64,000 bases of DNA from Balanoglossus misakiensis (taxonomy: Eukaryota > Animalia > Hemichordata), in NCBI GenBank assembly GCA_040954595.2, contig CM082576.2, positions 5,616,760-5,680,759 of the forward strand, read 5' to 3'. Shown in pieces: positions 63,178-64,000 of the stretch; position 1 is the first letter of the stretch; each line of letters opens with the position of its first letter. A program made the position numbers and the translations under genes. The notes beneath the pieces are model-generated. The model saw only the letters and a program-made list of their open reading frames with translations. It ran no database searches and had not been told where the DNA came from.

Positions 63178-64000
63178 AGTATTTCATATTACTTTTGTTT
63201 CCCCCTTGACCAGGCTGTACAAAGTTGGCATTAACCATCTGAAATATGTTTCCTTATACATTTTGACAATAACAGAATATTTTCACATTATAGTTAAGTA
63301 ATCTGATGGAAAGGCTATAAAATCGGTGGGGTTGAACTGGTGCTTCACTCCTAGTAGCATTCTAATACACCACTAAATTTCTGATTCACTTGAAACATTC
63401 CACATCTTGGAAAATACTTCAGGACACGTTGAATCACTTTGGTTTGGGCTACTGGACAAATGACTTGCAAATACTTCAAGGAACTCTCTCTCACTTCACA
63501 TCCAAGGAACCGAGTGGAAAATTTTGTGGACCCCTCTCTTTTAAATATGGGTTGCTATAGCTGATCAGGATAGGACAGGCTCGCGGCTTAATTTCAGATC
63601 CTGCTGAAGACTCCTTCAATTACCACTGCATCTAAGGAAATCGCTTGATTCAGGATGGGTCGAACATCATGCCACTGAAGCTAAGGACGAAGGACGATTT
63701 TTTACATACTCCAGAAGTCCAAATTCTTCTAGTTGGATGGTAGAAACATTTGTGGGCCCCTTACATATTGATTGACTTAGTTTATACAGGTTTGAATACC
63801 TGAAAGATGATCACATGGCTACGTATTCACGACTATGTCCATAGCTTTTACTTTAACAGACTCAGAAAAATTTCCTTGTGGATGCCAAAACTTTCTGGAC
63901 GATGGCTAAATCCAAACTTGGGGGCTGGGTATTTACTGACGAACAACTTATCGGTGAAATGAAGGCTAGAAGCTGTTGGACATCTTTCCTGAATATTGAC

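Noticed and set aside
63300-64000. Coding-looking, more balanced-composition sequence at the window end
   Set aside because: The frames I translated are interrupted within ~60 codons and show no recognisable motif; it may be UTR or decayed repeat and cannot be called.

Overview
Eukaryotic, AT-rich, intron-containing genomic DNA from a marine invertebrate, probably a deuterostome (hemichordate/echinoderm/amphioxus-like; this is inferred). In order it contains: three tandem minus-strand sphingosine-1-phosphate phosphatase (SGPP) paralogs, the first running off the window start; COMMD1 (-) head-to-head with COQ6 (+); an intronless secreted coiled-coil + 7x EAR/EPTP-repeat gene nested antisense in COQ6 intron 4; CCT4 (-), whose introns carry at least four box C/D snoRNAs and a telomere-repeat-bearing MITE; FAM161 (+); XPO1 (-); and ZNF410 (+). 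The order COMMD1-COQ6-CCT4-FAM161-XPO1-ZNF410 interleaves the human 2p15 and 14q24.3 blocks, suggesting an intact pre-vertebrate-duplication neighbourhood. No prokaryotic systems, CRISPR arrays, rRNA or tRNA genes were seen. Gene names and rRNA targets come from recalled motifs, not database searches.
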